Assembly: GCA_964291405.2 (NCBI GenBank) | Contig: OZ219926.1 | Span: 1,728,001 to 1,792,000, forward strand | Source of the DNA: Thermodesulfobacteriota bacterium | Lineage (GTDB): Bacteria > Desulfobacterota > Binatia > Bin18 | DNA length: 64,000 nucleotides | Direction of reading: 5' to 3' | Program-made: the position numbers and the translations under genes | Shown: in pieces, positions 29,364-39,496 of the stretch | Numbering within the stretch: position 1 is the first letter of the stretch | Layout of the letters: the number at the start of each line of letters is the position of its first letter | The notes under the pieces: generated by a model | Database searches by the model: none | What the model was told of the DNA's origin: nothing | What the model saw: only the letters and a program-made list of their open reading frames with translations

Positions 29364-31541
29364 ATGGCGATCCCCCCGTTATCCGAGCAGGAACTGATTC
29401 AGCAATATGGGCCGCATCTCAATTATGAACCGCCCGGTGGTTGGCTGGCGGAGCATGAGCCCGACCGGCTCGTCAAAACGCACTGCTGTTTCTGCGGCGT
29501 CCAGTGTGGCATTCAGCTCAAAGTCCATAACGAAAAAGTGGTCGGCTTTGAGCCCTGGGAAGACTTTCCGGTCAATCAAGGCAGGCTGTGTCCCAAAGGG
29601 GTCAAGCGGTATCTCCAGAACAACCACCCGGATCGGCTGCTGCATCCCCTCATTCGGACGGACAACGGGTTTCGGGAGGCAGATTGGGACGACGCCTTGT
29701 CGCTGGTGGTCGAACACATCCAGCGTATTCAAGCCACATACGGCAAGGATGCGTTTGCGGTTTTGTCCGGGGCGTCGGTGACCAATGAAAAAGCCTATCT
29801 CATGGGTAAATTCGCCCGCGTCGCGCTCCAAACGGCCAACATCGATTACAACGGCCGTTTATGTATGGTCTCGGCCGGGGCGGCCAATAAGATGGCCTTC
29901 GGTATCGACCGGGTCGCCAATCCCTGGTCGGATATCCCGCTGACTCAGCTCGTCCTGGTCACCGGCAGTAATATCGGTGAGTGTTTTCCCATCCTGACCG
30001 ATTATCTGTGGCGCGCGCGGGATAATGGCGCCAAGTTTATTGCCATAGACCCGCGTATGACGCCGATGGCCCGCACTGCGGATTTGTTTCTGCCCGTGCG
30101 GCCTGGCCGTGACAGTGCGCTCATGAACGGCATCCTGCATGTGCTCATTGAGCAGGACTGGATTGATCACGATTTTATTGACGCCCATACCAAGGGTTTT
30201 GAATCCGTACAGAAAGCAGTGGCCGAGTACACCCCACAGATGACCGCCGGGATCAGCGGCGTTCCCGCAGCCAGTATAGTGCGTGCGGCGGAAATGTGGG
30301 CCGAAGCCGAGAAATCGATGCTGCTACACGCTCGCGGAATCGAGCATCACACCAAGGGGGTGGAGAACGTCCTGAGCTGTATTAACCTGGTCTTGGCAAC
30401 CGGCCGGATCGGGCAGCCGGGCTGCGGCTACGGGACGATTACCGGCCAGGGCAACGGCCAGGGCGGGCGTGAGCACGGACAGCGCTGCAATCAGTTGCCG
30501 GGCGGACGCGATATTGAGAACCCGCAGCACCGGGAAGAAATAGCCCGGACCTGGAAGGTCAACGAGTCTGACCTGCCCCATGTCGGCCTGACCGCGGTCG
30601 AGCTGATGGACGCCGTCAATGCCGGTCAGATCAAGGGCTTGCTGTCCTTATCCTTTAACCCGTTGGTCTCACTCCCGGATACGAAGTTGACGCGTGCTGC
30701 GCTTGAAAAGCTCGAGTTCTACGCCGCGATTGATCCGTTCATGTCAGAAACGGCCCGCTATGCGGATGTCGTGCTGGCCGGCTCCCTTCAGGAAGAAGAC
30801 GAAGGTACAGTCACAAACGGTGAAGGCCGTGTGGTGCGCATTCGTCAGGCGGTCCCACCGCCTGGGAATGCACGAGTCGATTGGGAGATTATTGTCGATA
30901 TCGCCCATCGACTCGGCAAAGAGCTGCTCTTTCCGTATGCCGAACCCGAAGACCTGTTCCGTGAATTGTGCCGGGCCTCAGCCGGCGGGCCGGTTGATTA
31001 CGCCGGCCTGAACTATGCCAAAATCGAACAGCATAACGGCGTCTTCTGGCCGTGTCCGAGCCGGGAACATCCGGGCACACCGCGCCTGTTTGAAGGCGGC
31101 GCGTTCGCCCACCCTGACGGCAAGGCCCAATTTCATCCGGTGACCTACCGCCCACCGGACGAGGATGTTGACGCGACCTATCCCATTATTATGACCAGCG
31201 GCCGGGTGGTCTCGCAGTATTTGAGCGGTACCCAGACCCGTCGGATCGGTCCCTTGGTCGATCAATATCCGGGCCCACAGATCGAGCTGCATCCCAGGCT
31301 GGCCGAACAGTATGGCATTCAGAACGGAGAGATGGTGTGTGTCGAAAGTCGGCGTTCGTCCGTGACACTGCCAGCCCTGGTCGTGCGTACGATTCGACCT
31401 GACACGATCTTTATTCCCTATCACTGGCCGGGCGAGCAGGCCGCCAATCGGGTGACCAACCGTGCGCTTGATCCTATCTCCAAGATTCCCGAGTTCAAGG
31501 TCTGTGCCGTTCGGCTGCGCAAGGTGGAGACGAGTGTCTGA
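29364..31541 (+). CDS. Molybdopterin oxidoreductase, assimilatory nitrate reductase catalytic subunit (NasA/NasC-like)
   Basis: [12 protein letters not shown] 4Fe-4S motif; [10 protein letters not shown] (Cys-Met, not FDH C/U-His); [11 protein letters not shown]; no Tat signal; co-transcribed with nirBD. Confidence 0.85.
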   Translation: MAIPPLSEQELIQQYGPHLNYEPPGGWLAEHEPDRLVKTHCCFCGVQCGIQLKVHNEKVVGFEPWEDFPVNQGRLCPKGVKRYLQNNHPDRLLHPLIRTDNGFREADWDDALSLVVEHIQRIQATYGKDAFAVLSGASVTNEKAYLMGKFARVALQTANIDYNGRLCMVSAGAANKMAFGIDRVANPWSDIPLTQLVLVTGSNIGECFPILTDYLWRARDNGAKFIAIDPRMTPMARTADLFLPVRPGRDSALMNGILHVLIEQDWIDHDFIDAHTKGFESVQKAVAEYTPQMTAGISGVPAASIVRAAEMWAEAEKSMLLHARGIEHHTKGVENVLSCINLVLATGRIGQPGCGYGTITGQGNGQGGREHGQRCNQLPGGRDIENPQHREEIARTWKVNESDLPHVGLTAVELMDAVNAGQIKGLLSLSFNPLVSLPDTKLTRAALEKLEFYAAIDPFMSETARYADVVLAGSLQEEDEGTVTNGEGRVVRIRQAVPPPGNARVDWEIIVDIAHRLGKELLFPYAEPEDLFRELCRASAGGPVDYAGLNYAKIEQHNGVFWPCPSREHPGTPRLFEGGAFAHPDGKAQFHPVTYRPPDEDVDATYPIIMTSGRVVSQYLSGTQTRRIGPLVDQYPGPQIELHPRLAEQYGIQNGEMVCVESRRSSVTLPALVVRTIRPDTIFIPYHWPGEQAANRVTNRALDPISKIPEFKVCAVRLRKVETSV

Positions 31542-31543
31542 GT

Positions 31544-32104
31544 ATGGAATTCTTTATTGACCCCTCCCGCTGTATCGGCTGTCAAGCCTGTGTTCATGCC
31601 TGCGCCGAGTGTGAGTCGCACCGGGGCGTGTCCATGATCCACCTGGATTATGTTGACCGTTCGAGCTCGCCGCAAACTACGCCCACGGTGTGTATGCACT
31701 GCGAAGACCCGACCTGCGCGCGCGTGTGTCCGGCGGATGCGATTAAGCAAACTGCAGAGGGCGTGGTCCAGTCGGCCTTACAGCCCCGCTGTATCGGCTG
31801 CTCGAACTGCGTCCTGGCCTGCCCATTTGGCGTCCCGCGCTATCTGGGTGAGATGGACCAAATGATGAAGTGCGACATGTGTTACGACCGCACCTCAGCA
31901 GACCTCAAGCCCATGTGCGCCACGGTATGTCCCAGCGGTGCGTTGTTCTTTGGCACTAAAGAAGAAATCGAGCAGAAACGCCAGGAAAAGCCCATCAACC
32001 GCTTTACCTTTGGTCGGCAAGTTGTGACCACAAAAGTTCATCTCATGGTGGGTGACACGGCGCCGGATGAAATGGAGTTTGATGTGGCGAGTTTCTGCGA
32101 ATGA
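31544..32104 (+). CDS. 4Fe-4S dicluster electron-transfer subunit (DmsB/NrfC-like)
   Basis: [39 protein letters not shown] and KCDMC..CATVCP. Confidence 0.92.
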   Translation: MEFFIDPSRCIGCQACVHACAECESHRGVSMIHLDYVDRSSSPQTTPTVCMHCEDPTCARVCPADAIKQTAEGVVQSALQPRCIGCSNCVLACPFGVPRYLGEMDQMMKCDMCYDRTSADLKPMCATVCPSGALFFGTKEEIEQKRQEKPINRFTFGRQVVTTKVHLMVGDTAPDEMEFDVASFCE

Positions 32105-32139
32105 GAGAAACCAGCCCAACGAGATGAGAGCGTAGAGCT

Positions 32140-32634
32140 ATGCCTGATAGCATTCCCCGGTGGCGTGAAGATTTTCCCATTAATTGGGAAGATGATCACT
32201 ATGTGACCCGGCGTTCCTTCACCACTTTTTTGACCTTTATTTCGAGCGCGCTCTTTCTCGGCACCGGACTGGTTGCGCTACGAGAATGGTGGCAGCGCTG
32301 GCGCCCCGCACAGTTTACGGCGCTGCGCATTGCCGCGGTATCGGATATCGCTATTGGACAGGCTAAACTCTTCTTTTATCCCACCAAAACCGACCCCTGT
32401 TTATTGATCCGGGTCGCCGCGAACCGCTTTGTCGCGTACAGCCAGAAGTGTACACATTTACTCTGTCCGGTCCTCTATCAAAAGGAGAAAAAACAGCTCC
32501 ACTGCCCCTGTCATGAGGGCTATTTCGCGCTGGAAGACGGTCGGCCGCTGGCAGGTCCGCCCAAACGTCCGCTGCCGCGCATCGTGCTTCAGGTCAAGGA
32601 CGACAGCGTGTGGGCGACGGGTATGCAAGTATAG
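32140..32634 (+). CDS. Membrane-anchored Rieske 2Fe-2S protein with twin-arginine motif
   Basis: TRRSF plus TM helix; CTHLLC and CPCHEG boxes; GPPKRPL. Confidence 0.88.
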   Translation: MPDSIPRWREDFPINWEDDHYVTRRSFTTFLTFISSALFLGTGLVALREWWQRWRPAQFTALRIAAVSDIAIGQAKLFFYPTKTDPCLLIRVAANRFVAYSQKCTHLLCPVLYQKEKKQLHCPCHEGYFALEDGRPLAGPPKRPLPRIVLQVKDDSVWATGMQV

Positions 32635-32642
32635 GGCGCGGT

Positions 32643-32861
32643 ATGAATCTGCCTTCCGCCACACTGCGCCAGCAGCGCAGCTCAGTGCTCGGGCTGGTCA
32701 CGGCTTTTGTCGTTGTCCTGTTACTCGTGCAGTTATGGCTGCTGGTCGAAGCAATTGAAGGCCATCTCGGCGGGGCGGGCAGCATTGTCGGTCCCGCGGC
32801 AATCGCCTCGGGAGCATGCTTTGCCGCGGCCGTCTGGTTGTGGCGCATGATGCAACGCTGA
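32643..32861 (+). CDS. Small two-TM membrane protein (DUF6755-like)
   Basis: LLLVQLWLL..A.E..LGG...PAAIAS pattern; 8 bp after the Rieske gene. Confidence 0.65.
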   Translation: MNLPSATLRQQRSSVLGLVTAFVVVLLLVQLWLLVEAIEGHLGGAGSIVGPAAIASGACFAAAVWLWRMMQR

Positions 32862-32880
32862 ACGAGAGAGGGATGGTCAA

Positions 32881-33123
32881 ATGAAAGAGCAGGCGTTCTA
32901 CCCCGATCACATTGTCGAGCAAATCAAATCGTTCTTTCACAATGTCCACGATATGACCGATTTCTACTATAAGCTCTATCTGCTGAACGGCTTGTGTCAG
33001 CAGTGCGATGGACGGGGCTATCTCCAGTCCCCGGACGAGGCCTGCCCGGCCTGTCAGGCTAGTGGCGATGCCGACATCTGGCATCGCGCACGTATTACCA
33101 AACCTGCCGAAAAAGCCCCCTGA
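32881..33123 (+). CDS. Small hypothetical protein with CxxCxGxG..CxxC zinc-finger motif
   Basis: CQQCDGRG..CPACQASG; GAGGG RBS; follows the operon closely. Confidence 0.6.
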   Translation: MKEQAFYPDHIVEQIKSFFHNVHDMTDFYYKLYLLNGLCQQCDGRGYLQSPDEACPACQASGDADIWHRARITKPAEKAP

Positions 33124-33138
33124 TACGCTCCCAGAACG

Positions 33139-33624
33139 CTATTTTTCTCTTCGCTTCTTTGCACGTGTGGAGCGTGGCGGGTCCAACAACCACACTTCCC
33201 CTGCTTTGGATATACGCGCAATAAAAGGCGGGGGATTTTCTGTAACGAACCGCTGTATTTTCGGGAGGGCATTGGCAATAGCTGAAGCCATGTCTTCACC
33301 GGACATATTGCCCGAGGGTAGGATAAAAACGCGAGCCCCGCTCTGCATGAGCGCTTCACGCTCAGCCGGACGTTTGCGTATACGATCGTCCTTGGTCAGG
33401 ATCAGCCAGCCGCGCCGCCCCACCGCAGGCAACCATTCTTCATCCAGGACATCGATCTCAAAGTGCTCTTTGAGCAGTTCGACTCTACATCCTTGCTGAC
33501 GGAGTGCTTGCGCAATGACCTTGTCTCCCAAGCTTTGGTCGAGGAAGAAGGTGGAACCTTCAGGCCGCGTCCCGGTAGTGCTCGCAGCGGATCGCTTCTT
33601 CGATTTCTGCTTGCGTGCGGCCAT
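33139..33624 (-). CDS. PIN-like toxin (VapC45/PIN_10-like)
   Basis: FFLDQSLG..DEEWL..GWLILTKDDRIR. Confidence 0.85.
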   Translation of the reverse strand: MAARKQKSKKRSAASTTGTRPEGSTFFLDQSLGDKVIAQALRQQGCRVELLKEHFEIDVLDEEWLPAVGRRGWLILTKDDRIRKRPAEREALMQSGARVFILPSGNMSGEDMASAIANALPKIQRFVTENPPPFIARISKAGEVWLLDPPRSTRAKKRREK

Positions 33625-34279
33625 AGTCATCCGCAAGTCGGGCAACCGACTCCCCGGCTTCGAATCGTTGGTAGACGACTTCGGTTGAGATGCGGGTGCC
33701 GACTACCACCGGCCGTCCAAACGCAATGCGCGGGTCAACAACGATGACACGGGGCGCGGTCTCAGAGGTGTCTCGTCGGGTGAATAGATACAGCTTGATC
33801 GCCAGCCCGGATACGTCCCGTTCGATCCGACGCAGGTGGGCTTTCAGCATATTACGCATACTGAGTTGCCCTTCATCTGAGATGGTAATCAGGTTTCCAA
33901 ACTGTTCGACGAAGAGGTCTAATCCATCCGTCTCAAAGCGTTGATCAGCCAGTGGATGCGGAGAGGGAAAGTGCCGATTGATATAGCGTAGCGCGCTTCT
34001 GACTTTAGGGAACGAGACGCGATGATGACGACGAATAGCGGCGAGGACATGCGCCTCAATGAGATTCACGAAGGACAACAGGAAGCGCTCCGTATCGGCA
34101 AGAGCCATAATCGGTTTGAAGCGTCGAGGCCCTTGCTGGGTTGGATAGTGCCGCCCACAAACCCACGTCCGGAGGGTAGCGACTGGAATCCGCAGATAGT
34201 GAGCCGCCTCCGGGATACCATACGCTGGCAACTCGCGTGGGTCTCGCCCTCTGTATATATTTTTTTCTGTCCGGCCCAT
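33560..34279 (-). CDS. DUF433 HTH antitoxin (VapB45-like)
   Basis: PAYGIPEAAHYL, LSFVNLIE and DPRIAFGRPVVVGTRI..GES...LADDY. Confidence 0.88.
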   Translation of the reverse strand: MGRTEKNIYRGRDPRELPAYGIPEAAHYLRIPVATLRTWVCGRHYPTQQGPRRFKPIMALADTERFLLSFVNLIEAHVLAAIRRHHRVSFPKVRSALRYINRHFPSPHPLADQRFETDGLDLFVEQFGNLITISDEGQLSMRNMLKAHLRRIERDVSGLAIKLYLFTRRDTSETAPRVIVVDPRIAFGRPVVVGTRISTEVVYQRFEAGESVARLADDYGRTQAEIEEAIRCEHYRDAA

Positions 34280-34451
34280 GAACGCGGCTCTCCTTGCCAT
34301 GCCGCTCAGCATGTAACGACAAGCATCAACTCTTTACATTCCTCAAATCAGATCAAATCACAAGCCCGACGGCTTTAGGATGCACCTTACCGCCGTGGCA
34401 GCCTGGCTGTGGCGCACGGTCCGCCGTTAGACCGATGTTCGACAGAATCAT

Positions 34452-35486
34452 TCATCCTTCCAGCGTCGGCCACCCGTTTCTGGCGATATACTTATTTAGG
34501 CTCTCCGGCCGGTAATTAGAATCTTGCTCCCAGCGTTCTTTCACCGACTTGTGAATCAACACTTTTCCCTTCCTATGGTTTATTGGACGCCATATGTCCT
34601 TCCAGGAACGAAACTTGAGGCTCGAAGAATCGTGCAGCGTGGCGGCGGGGTCCGGTTTCAGTCTCCGACCAAGATGCTTCTCGAACGACAGGTCGGCTTG
34701 CTCAGCCTCACCCACCATCCAGCCCAGCGCGATGTCCGACAGTAGCGCACCGCCCTTATCCGGTTTGTAGCCCCCGCCTACATCAGAATGGACTCCAACG
34801 AACCATACCTGCTTCAAATCCAGGTTTCTTCGGGGTTGTAGAACGGTTGCTTCAAAGTCGTAGCGTCGCTCGTCAATAGCGAGAGCGTGGCGGGCAATGC
34901 GCACATTTGGGCCCATTTCTGAATCATAAAACTCATCCTCGGCGTTTAACCAACCGAGCCAAGAAAACGGAATCCCAAGCGCCCCCACCGTATCGAACAC
35001 GCCCAGGAACCGGACCTCTTTGGACGGGTGGGCATGCCTCTTACGAAACGCGATAGACTTTGTGCCCTCTGGCGCATACTCGTCTTCTTGACGCTTGTAG
35101 TGGTCGAAGGCCGTTTGTATCAGACGCGCGTCCGGGCGTTTCAGGATACCGCAGTTGTTAATAAGCCCACATAGGCTCCGCACCGTGTATGCTCCACGAC
35201 TGAAACCGAACAGAAACAAATCGTCACCCGGCGAGTAGTTCTGAACGATGTAACGGTAGCCGTCCATAATGTTCTTATGTATGCCGCTGCCCGCTGTCCC
35301 GGCGCCCCATTCATCATGGTAGGAACCTAATCCCCAGTCGTAAAATACTTGTTGTGGTGTATTGTCATCGGCAACCGGGCTGACAGCGCGAGCAAGTCGA
35401 ATCACATTGGCTGGAACGTCTTCTTTCAAATTTTTCTCGGGACGGTTCCAGGTGCCGTCCGCGCAGACTACAATACGCTTTTTCAT
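34452..35486 (-). CDS. DUF2235 alpha/beta hydrolase (Tle1-like phospholipase domain)
   Basis: CADGTWN, GFSRGAYTVR, FDTVGALG, HALAIDERR and WFVGVHSDVGGGY. Confidence 0.92.
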   Translation of the reverse strand: MKKRIVVCADGTWNRPEKNLKEDVPANVIRLARAVSPVADDNTPQQVFYDWGLGSYHDEWGAGTAGSGIHKNIMDGYRYIVQNYSPGDDLFLFGFSRGAYTVRSLCGLINNCGILKRPDARLIQTAFDHYKRQEDEYAPEGTKSIAFRKRHAHPSKEVRFLGVFDTVGALGIPFSWLGWLNAEDEFYDSEMGPNVRIARHALAIDERRYDFEATVLQPRRNLDLKQVWFVGVHSDVGGGYKPDKGGALLSDIALGWMVGEAEQADLSFEKHLGRRLKPDPAATLHDSSSLKFRSWKDIWRPINHRKGKVLIHKSVKERWEQDSNYRPESLNKYIARNGWPTLEG

Positions 35487-35750
35487 ATCTCCCCTCTCAT
35501 AGCGAAACGGGGATTTCCGCTGCTTCACGTCTTGAACAGCAGGATATCTGATTTGGGTCTGTGTGTCTCGCTAGTGTTGGTCTGGAGTTCGTCCAGAACC
35601 AAGGCGTGTTGCTGAGTCAGCATATTGCATGCTGAACAACAGGCCTGTTTTGGCCGACTGACGGTACGCCTCAGCCTCTGCAACCCGGACTCGGGTGTAT
35701 CGACGTAAAAATACGGCCTTTTCTACTTTTTCCCCAGGCACCCCTACATT

Positions 35751-35767
35751 CTGGCCTGTGAATTGCT
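35751..35767 (+). promoter_or_regulatory. sigma54 promoter of narK-nirA
   Basis: CTGGCCTGTGAATTGCT, GG-N10-GC. Confidence 0.8.
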
Positions 35768-35817
35768 GTGTCCTCAAGTGTCACGAATATCGCGAGCAGA
35801 AGGAGGCTGGCGTCGAT

Positions 35818-37179
35818 ATGGAAGTCAAAAACAAGGCGACGAAAATTGACCTGTTCAGTCTGGCAACCCCGCAGATGCGGACCTTTCACATGACGTGGTT
35901 CGCTTTTTTTCTGTGTTTCTTTGGCTGGTTTGGTATTGCGCCGCTAATGGTGCTGGTCCGTGAGGATCTGATGCTGACCAAGGCGCAGATCGGGAATACC
36001 ATTATCGCCTCGGTCGCTATTACCGTTATCGTCCGTATTATTATTGGTCCGCTGTGCGACCGCTTCGGCTCTCGCCTGGTCTATACTTGGTTGCTGTTGC
36101 TCGGATCACTACCGGTGATGGGGATTGGCCTAGCCCAGAGCTATGAGAGCTTTCTACTTTTTCGACTGGCGCTTGGCGCAATCGGCGCGTCGTTTGTCAT
36201 TACGCAGTACCATACCTCGATGATGTTCGGCCCCAATTGTGTCGGGACGGCCAACGCTACCACTGCCGGCTGGGGGAACCTGGGTGGAGGGATCACCCAA
36301 ATGGTCATGCCCCTCATCCTGGGAGCCATCCTCTTTTTTGGTGTCAGTGAGTCGCTCGGCTGGCGGCTGGCGATGATCGTACCGGGTGCGGTCCTGTTTC
36401 TGACCGGTATCGGCTATTATTTCTGTACCCAGGATGCGCCGGACGGCAATTATCAGGAACTGCGTGCGCGCGGTGAGTTGCCTCCCGCGGAAGGCAGTTC
36501 CAAAGCATCGTTCTTGTTAGCGGCCAAAGACTATCGTGTATGGGCTTTGTTTGTCATATATGCGGCCTGTTTTGGCGTTGAGCTGACCATCAATAATATT
36601 GCCGCTCTGTATTTCTATGACTTCTTCAAGCTCGATTTGGCAACAGCAGGCATTATCGCCGGTCTGTTCGGTCTAATGAATATTTTTGCCCGGACCCTGG
36701 GCGGCATATTCTCGGATATCTGCGCGGTTAAGATAGGGCTCAGAGGCCGGGTCTGGTTTATGGGAGCCGTCCTCTTGGCCGAAGGTATTGCCTTGGTCGT
36801 CTTCTCGCAGATGAGCGTTTTACCGCTGGCGATCATGAGCATGATTGTCTTCAGCCTATTTGTCCAAATGTCCGAAGGCGCGACCTATGCGGTCGTTCCT
36901 TTTATCAACAAAAAAGCACTCGGTGGCGTGGCCGGCATTGTGGGTGCAGGCGGGAACGCCGGAGCGGTTGCCGCCGGATTTCTGTTTCGCTCGGAGAGTC
37001 TCAGTACCCAGCAAGGCCTGTTGATTCTGGGCATTGTGGTTGCCCTGGCGTCTGCCTGTATGTTTTTGGTGACCTTTCCGCAAGCAGTCCACGAGGAAGA
37101 ACAGCGCAATCTGGAAAAGGCTCTGGCCGAGAAAGCAGCACCAGCCGGGGAAGAACTCACTCCGGCAATCGCCAGCTAA
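35818..37179 (+). CDS. narK: Nitrate/nitrite MFS transporter (NNP/NRT2 family)
   Basis: FHMTWFAFF, nitrate signature GTANATTAGWGNLGGG, FGLMNIFARTLGG and GIVGAGGNAG. Confidence 0.93.
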   Translation: MEVKNKATKIDLFSLATPQMRTFHMTWFAFFLCFFGWFGIAPLMVLVREDLMLTKAQIGNTIIASVAITVIVRIIIGPLCDRFGSRLVYTWLLLLGSLPVMGIGLAQSYESFLLFRLALGAIGASFVITQYHTSMMFGPNCVGTANATTAGWGNLGGGITQMVMPLILGAILFFGVSESLGWRLAMIVPGAVLFLTGIGYYFCTQDAPDGNYQELRARGELPPAEGSSKASFLLAAKDYRVWALFVIYAACFGVELTINNIAALYFYDFFKLDLATAGIIAGLFGLMNIFARTLGGIFSDICAVKIGLRGRVWFMGAVLLAEGIALVVFSQMSVLPLAIMSMIVFSLFVQMSEGATYAVVPFINKKALGGVAGIVGAGGNAGAVAAGFLFRSESLSTQQGLLILGIVVALASACMFLVTFPQAVHEEEQRNLEKALAEKAAPAGEELTPAIAS

Positions 37180-37216
37180 TTCGGGTGAGGCCGGTTCGTA
37201 GACAACGGTGAAGCGC

Positions 37217-38674
37217 ATGACAACAGCAGCGGAGGAGGCTGGCAGCAGCCTCTCTCACGCCATTCAGAACGGCTGGAAATCCCTGTCCGAGCATGAAATC
37301 GAAGGGCTCAAAGGCGCCGGCGTCTTCTTTCAGCGTCAGACGCCGGGCAATTTTATGATGCGGCTGCGGATGAGCAACGGGCTCAGTAATGCAGCCCAGT
37401 TTCGCACTCTGGCGGCGCTAAGTGAAGAATTCGGGAAGGGCTTTGTTGATATTACGACCCGGCAGCAAATCCAACTGCGATGGTTTCATATCGAGCATGT
37501 CCCGGAGATGTGGCAGCGGCTCGAACAGGTCGGCTTGGTCTCGCTGCAGACCGGCCTGAACAACATCCGTGGAGTAACGGGCTGCCCGGCAGCCGGTCTG
37601 ACTCCCAACGAGCTATTTGACGCCTCGCCCGTCACTCGACACTATACCGAGGCATTCTTACGCAACCCGGAATACACAAACCTGCCGCGCAAGTTTAAGG
37701 TCACCATCTCCGCATGTCTGGACAATTGTACCTCTCCGGACTCACAAGACGTGGGCTTGGTTCCGGCAATCAAAGAGAGCGCTGGGGTTGAGGTCTGCGG
37801 CTTCAACGTCTTTGTTGGTGGAAAGCAGGGCTCGGGCGGCTATACGCCAGCACAAGCGCTTGATGTCTTCATCCCGCCACACGACGCCGTTTCCCTGTGT
37901 GGCACAATTGCCCTCCTCTTTCGTGACCACGGCCAACGCCAGGATCGCAAAAAATCACGCCTCTTTTTCCTCATCCAAGACTGGGGTATCGAGAAATTTC
38001 GGCGCGAACTGGAGCGCTGTCTTGGTCATTCCCTCCAGTCGGCGGGTCAGGATGTGCGGAGTACTGTCCGCACCGATCATGTCGGCCTCTTTCGCCAACG
38101 GCAAACCGGCTTCAACTACGTCGGGCTCGTCGTCCCAACCGGCCGGCTGTCAGCAACGCAACTGCTCGGTGTTGCCACGCTGGCGGAACACTACGGCAGC
38201 GGAGAGATTCGTCTAACCCCAAGTCAGAATCTGATTATCCCGCATATTCCAGACCACATGGTCGGCGACCTGACCCAGGAACCGGTGCTTCAAGAACTCC
38301 GCTATGATCCTTCGGCATTCATACGTGGCCTCGTCAGTTGTACCGGCCGCGATTACTGTCACTATTCGCTGATTGAAACAAAACAGTATGCGCTCGACAC
38401 GGCTCGTCACCTCGAAAAGACCGTAGGTAAGACCACCCCCCTCACCATGCGCTGGTCGGGCTGTCAGAACGGCTGCGGGAACCATACCACCGCGGATATC
38501 GGCTTTTTGGGAAAGAAAGTGCAGCGGGATGGGAAAACCATTGAGGCGGTAGATGTGTTTGTCGGTGGGCGCTCAGGTCCGGATACGCGGTCCGGTACGA
38601 AGCTCTTAGCCGATGTCCCATGCAAAGAGCTGCCTCAGGTGCTGGAGAAGCTCATTCCCTATATGAACCGCTGA
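37217..38674 (+). CDS. nirA: Ferredoxin-dependent nitrite reductase (NirA/Sir family)
   Basis: FMMRLR, ITTRQQIQLR, NLPRKFK, and siroheme/4Fe-4S cysteines CTGRDYC..SGCQNGC; follows narK. Confidence 0.85.
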   Translation: MTTAAEEAGSSLSHAIQNGWKSLSEHEIEGLKGAGVFFQRQTPGNFMMRLRMSNGLSNAAQFRTLAALSEEFGKGFVDITTRQQIQLRWFHIEHVPEMWQRLEQVGLVSLQTGLNNIRGVTGCPAAGLTPNELFDASPVTRHYTEAFLRNPEYTNLPRKFKVTISACLDNCTSPDSQDVGLVPAIKESAGVEVCGFNVFVGGKQGSGGYTPAQALDVFIPPHDAVSLCGTIALLFRDHGQRQDRKKSRLFFLIQDWGIEKFRRELERCLGHSLQSAGQDVRSTVRTDHVGLFRQRQTGFNYVGLVVPTGRLSATQLLGVATLAEHYGSGEIRLTPSQNLIIPHIPDHMVGDLTQEPVLQELRYDPSAFIRGLVSCTGRDYCHYSLIETKQYALDTARHLEKTVGKTTPLTMRWSGCQNGCGNHTTADIGFLGKKVQRDGKTIEAVDVFVGGRSGPDTRSGTKLLADVPCKELPQVLEKLIPYMNR

Positions 38675-38695
38675 TGTTGTGCAGTCTGTTGCTTT

Positions 38696-39391
38696 TTAGC
38701 GTCTCGCCGCGGTAATCAGCTGCGCCACACCACCGGATAAACTTGTCTTTACGACCTGCTCAAATTCCGCCGCTCGGACCATCCGCAGCAATTCCGCTTC
38801 CTCCGGCAGATACACCACCGAGCGCGGCAAGTAGAGATATGACTTTCGGTCTGAGATGAGACCGCCCAGCAAAGGCACGATACGCTGAAAATAGAAGCCA
38901 TGCCCCCATTTCAGGAGCGTATGGCGCGGCGTATCCACCTCAAGCAGAGCTAGTCGGCCGCCGGGCTTGAGGACGCGCGCCGCTTCTTGGAGGGCGCGTG
39001 GTATTGAGACGAAATTTCGCAGGGCAAAGCCGGACAGGACAACCGAAACGGCTGCCGTCGGCAGGGGTAAGGCGTTCGCATCGGCCTGAATGAAGGTCGC
39101 ACTGATCCGACGCCGGGTTGTGCCGACGAGCATGTTGCGGGCAAAGTCAATCCCGATCACTCGGGCACCGGTTGCCGCGGCGAGTTCGCTCAAATCCCCC
39201 GTTCCGCACGCTAGGTCGAGCACCCGATCATCGGCACAGACGCCAACGCTGCGGATGGTCTTTCGCCGCCAGTATTGATCGAGACGCAAGGACAGCCAAC
39301 GGTTCAGCGTGTCATAGTGCGGGGCGATCAGATCAAACATCGCCCGGACTGAGGCCGCTTTTTCCGCATCGGGCGGCAGGACATCCGACAT
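38696..39391 (-). CDS. ubiE: Ubiquinone/menaquinone methyltransferase (UbiE/MenG)
   Basis: VRAMFDLIAPHYD..N, VLDLACGTGD, FALRN, RVLKPGG and YLYLPRS. Confidence 0.9.
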   Translation of the reverse strand: MSDVLPPDAEKAASVRAMFDLIAPHYDTLNRWLSLRLDQYWRRKTIRSVGVCADDRVLDLACGTGDLSELAAATGARVIGIDFARNMLVGTTRRRISATFIQADANALPLPTAAVSVVLSGFALRNFVSIPRALQEAARVLKPGGRLALLEVDTPRHTLLKWGHGFYFQRIVPLLGGLISDRKSYLYLPRSVVYLPEEAELLRMVRAAEFEQVVKTSLSGGVAQLITAARR

Positions 39392-39496
39392 GGCGTCAAG
39401 GAATCAGCCAAATCCACTCTGAGCAAGGGTGGGGCTTGGTGACAAATCATGCCTTGTGTATTGTCCGCCTAGAAAGTATATTCAAGTCATTACAGT

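Noticed and set aside
29364-31541. Formate dehydrogenase or periplasmic NapA
   Set aside because: The Mo ligand is followed by Met rather than His, TGQ replaces RGQ, there is no Tat signal and no in-frame TGA.
34452-35486. Type VI secretion effector locus
   Set aside because: No vgrG/PAAR/hcp or immunity gene nearby; stand-alone DUF2235.
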